From Candidatus Sungiibacteriota bacterium (GTDB taxonomy: Bacteria > Patescibacteriota > Minisyncoccia > Sungbacterales > SURF-37): a stretch of 64,000 nucleotides of DNA. Both the position numbers and the translations under genes were made by a program. The notes beneath the pieces were generated by a model. The model worked only from the letters and a program-made list of their open reading frames with translations, searched no databases and had not been told where the DNA came from. The stretch spans positions 19,302-83,301 of the forward strand of contig JACPMF010000007.1 in assembly GCA_016186145.1 (NCBI GenBank). Direction: 5' to 3'. Shown here piece after piece: positions 62,934 to 64,000 of this stretch; the first letter of the stretch is position 1, and each line of letters starts with the position of its first letter.

Positions 62934-63974
62934 TTAAAAAGGATTTCTAGCCCCTCTTACTTCAAAGTGCACATGGCACCCGGTCGAATTTCCGGTAGAA
63001 CCTATAGTGCCAATCTGCAAACCCTGGCTAACCGCCTGACCAACACTCACCGAAACGTCTTTAAGGTGAGAATAGAGCGTCTGTGTTCCGTTTGGATGGC
63101 TAATCACGATATACCTCCCATACCCCCCATTCCACCCATCGGACCGCGCAAGAATTACCGTACCGCCGGCCGATGCGAAAACCGGAAGACCGCATGAATT
63201 TGCCAAGTCAACGCCATTCAATCCGTGTATCCCGCGGCTCTTTCTTCCTCCGGAGATTGGACGAATATAATAACTGTCATACGAGGGATACCGGCTGATT
63301 TCCGAAGTAAAACGCGATGGCCCGCTTGTCTCAACCGGCCGCCAATCAAATTCGCCATCAGGAATAACGAGAGTCGATCCGATCTCCAACAGCCCGTCAA
63401 AAGAAAGACCATTATAACTAAGAATATCCCCGATGTTTCCTCTGTATTTTTTCGCTATTGAGTCAATTGTGTCTCCCTTTTTCACTTCGATTTGGACGCC
63501 GGAAATCGGCAAAATGACCAACTGATCGCCGGGCTGTATGGCGCGCGGGTTAGTAAGATTATTCGCCCAGAGAAGAGTATTTAAACTGATACCAAAAGAC
63601 TTTGCGATGACCGACGGATTGTCCCCGCGCTTAACCGTGTAGATAAAAATCTGCCCCGCGGAATTCTCCCACGAAACAGTACCAAGAGGATTCAACGGAG
63701 CCACCACGGCACTATCCTGCACAAAGGTAAGACCGGAATCATCCGCCGCCTTCAGCTGCCTGCCGGACAAACCGGCAAGAGTCGACTCAAGAGCCGGAAC
63801 CGCAGCAGAGCCGATGGATGCCTGAGTCTCTCTTATAAAGAAACCGGAAGACTGCTCCTCGACAACCTGCTGCCGAGACGAGTACCCAAAGAACCCAAGG
63901 AAGTCAGAAAAAAAACCGGCGTTTGCCTTAACCGGGTAGCTGAAAAACATAACAAAACCAACAAGAACCGCCAC
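62934..63974 (-). CDS. M23 peptidase with two LysM domains
   Basis: LysM repeats (...YTVKRGDNPSVIAKSFGISLNTLLWANNL... and ...VKKGDTIDSIAKKY...). M23 motifs H..D and HxH (GCHVHFEV) in the C-terminal part. Confidence 0.85.
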   Translation of the reverse strand: MAVLVGFVMFFSYPVKANAGFFSDFLGFFGYSSRQQVVEEQSSGFFIRETQASIGSAAVPALESTLAGLSGRQLKAADDSGLTFVQDSAVVAPLNPLGTVSWENSAGQIFIYTVKRGDNPSVIAKSFGISLNTLLWANNLTNPRAIQPGDQLVILPISGVQIEVKKGDTIDSIAKKYRGNIGDILSYNGLSFDGLLEIGSTLVIPDGEFDWRPVETSGPSRFTSEISRYPSYDSYYIRPISGGRKSRGIHGLNGVDLANSCGLPVFASAGGTVILARSDGWNGGYGRYIVISHPNGTQTLYSHLKDVSVSVGQAVSQGLQIGTIGSTGNSTGCHVHFEVRGARNPF

Positions 63975-64000
63975 CGCCGCGGCCTTATAATCCCATCGTT

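Overview
This is a roughly 50% GC bacterial chromosomal segment. The gene content (a four-helix-bundle protein, many small hypothetical membrane proteins, weak Shine-Dalgarno usage, compact spacing) makes me think of a small-genome Patescibacteria/CPR-like organism, but that is inference, not something I can prove from sequence alone. The six-frame track contains TTG/GTG-initiated ORFs, so several listed starts are probably too far upstream. The heptad-repeat stretch of the track's MetRS protein string looks longer than the printed nucleotides support.

I can support about 60 protein-coding genes, mostly housekeeping:
- translation and RNA modification: MetRS, GlyRS, ribosomal protein S20, TsaE, a TrmH/SpoU methyltransferase
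- DNA repair and replication: RuvA, RuvB, UvrB, PolA, HolA, a TatD nuclease
- energy metabolism: a porGD-porA-porB pyruvate:ferredoxin oxidoreductase operon
- cell wall: a Mur ligase, a FemAB transferase, an M23/LysM peptidase
- signalling: a sensor histidine kinase and a response regulator
- transport and pili: an ABC transporter of the NitT/TauT type (ATPase, permease, three substrate-binding paralogues, two fused to OmpA-like domains), a PilB/GspE ATPase
- stress and other: PPK2, a VWA lipoprotein, a TelA-like protein, an ARC/Mpa-like AAA+ ATPase
- one tRNA-Lys(CTT)

Accessory content is unusually dense:
- four type II toxin-antitoxin modules (two hicB-hicA pairs, two RelE/ParE pairs)
- a GIY-YIG nuclease cassette inserted at the 3' end of uvrB, leaving a diverged 'ghost' copy of the uvrB terminus
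- a three-gene module of a Zn-ribbon protein, a DEDD exonuclease fused to a WYL-like domain, and a YkuK/DUF458 RNase H-like protein
- several families of short structured repeats

The most unusual signals are these:
- a GC-rich palindromic element inserted in frame into four unrelated genes (glyS, the femAB-family gene, the Mur ligase gene, tatD), analogous to Rickettsia palindromic elements
- a roughly 150-nt multi-hairpin element that sits, in the same orientation relative to the downstream gene, directly upstream of four unrelated genes and shows compensatory base changes between copies
- candidate structured ncRNAs upstream of glyS and between pilB and ruvB

I found no rRNA genes, CRISPR arrays, transposases or integrases.
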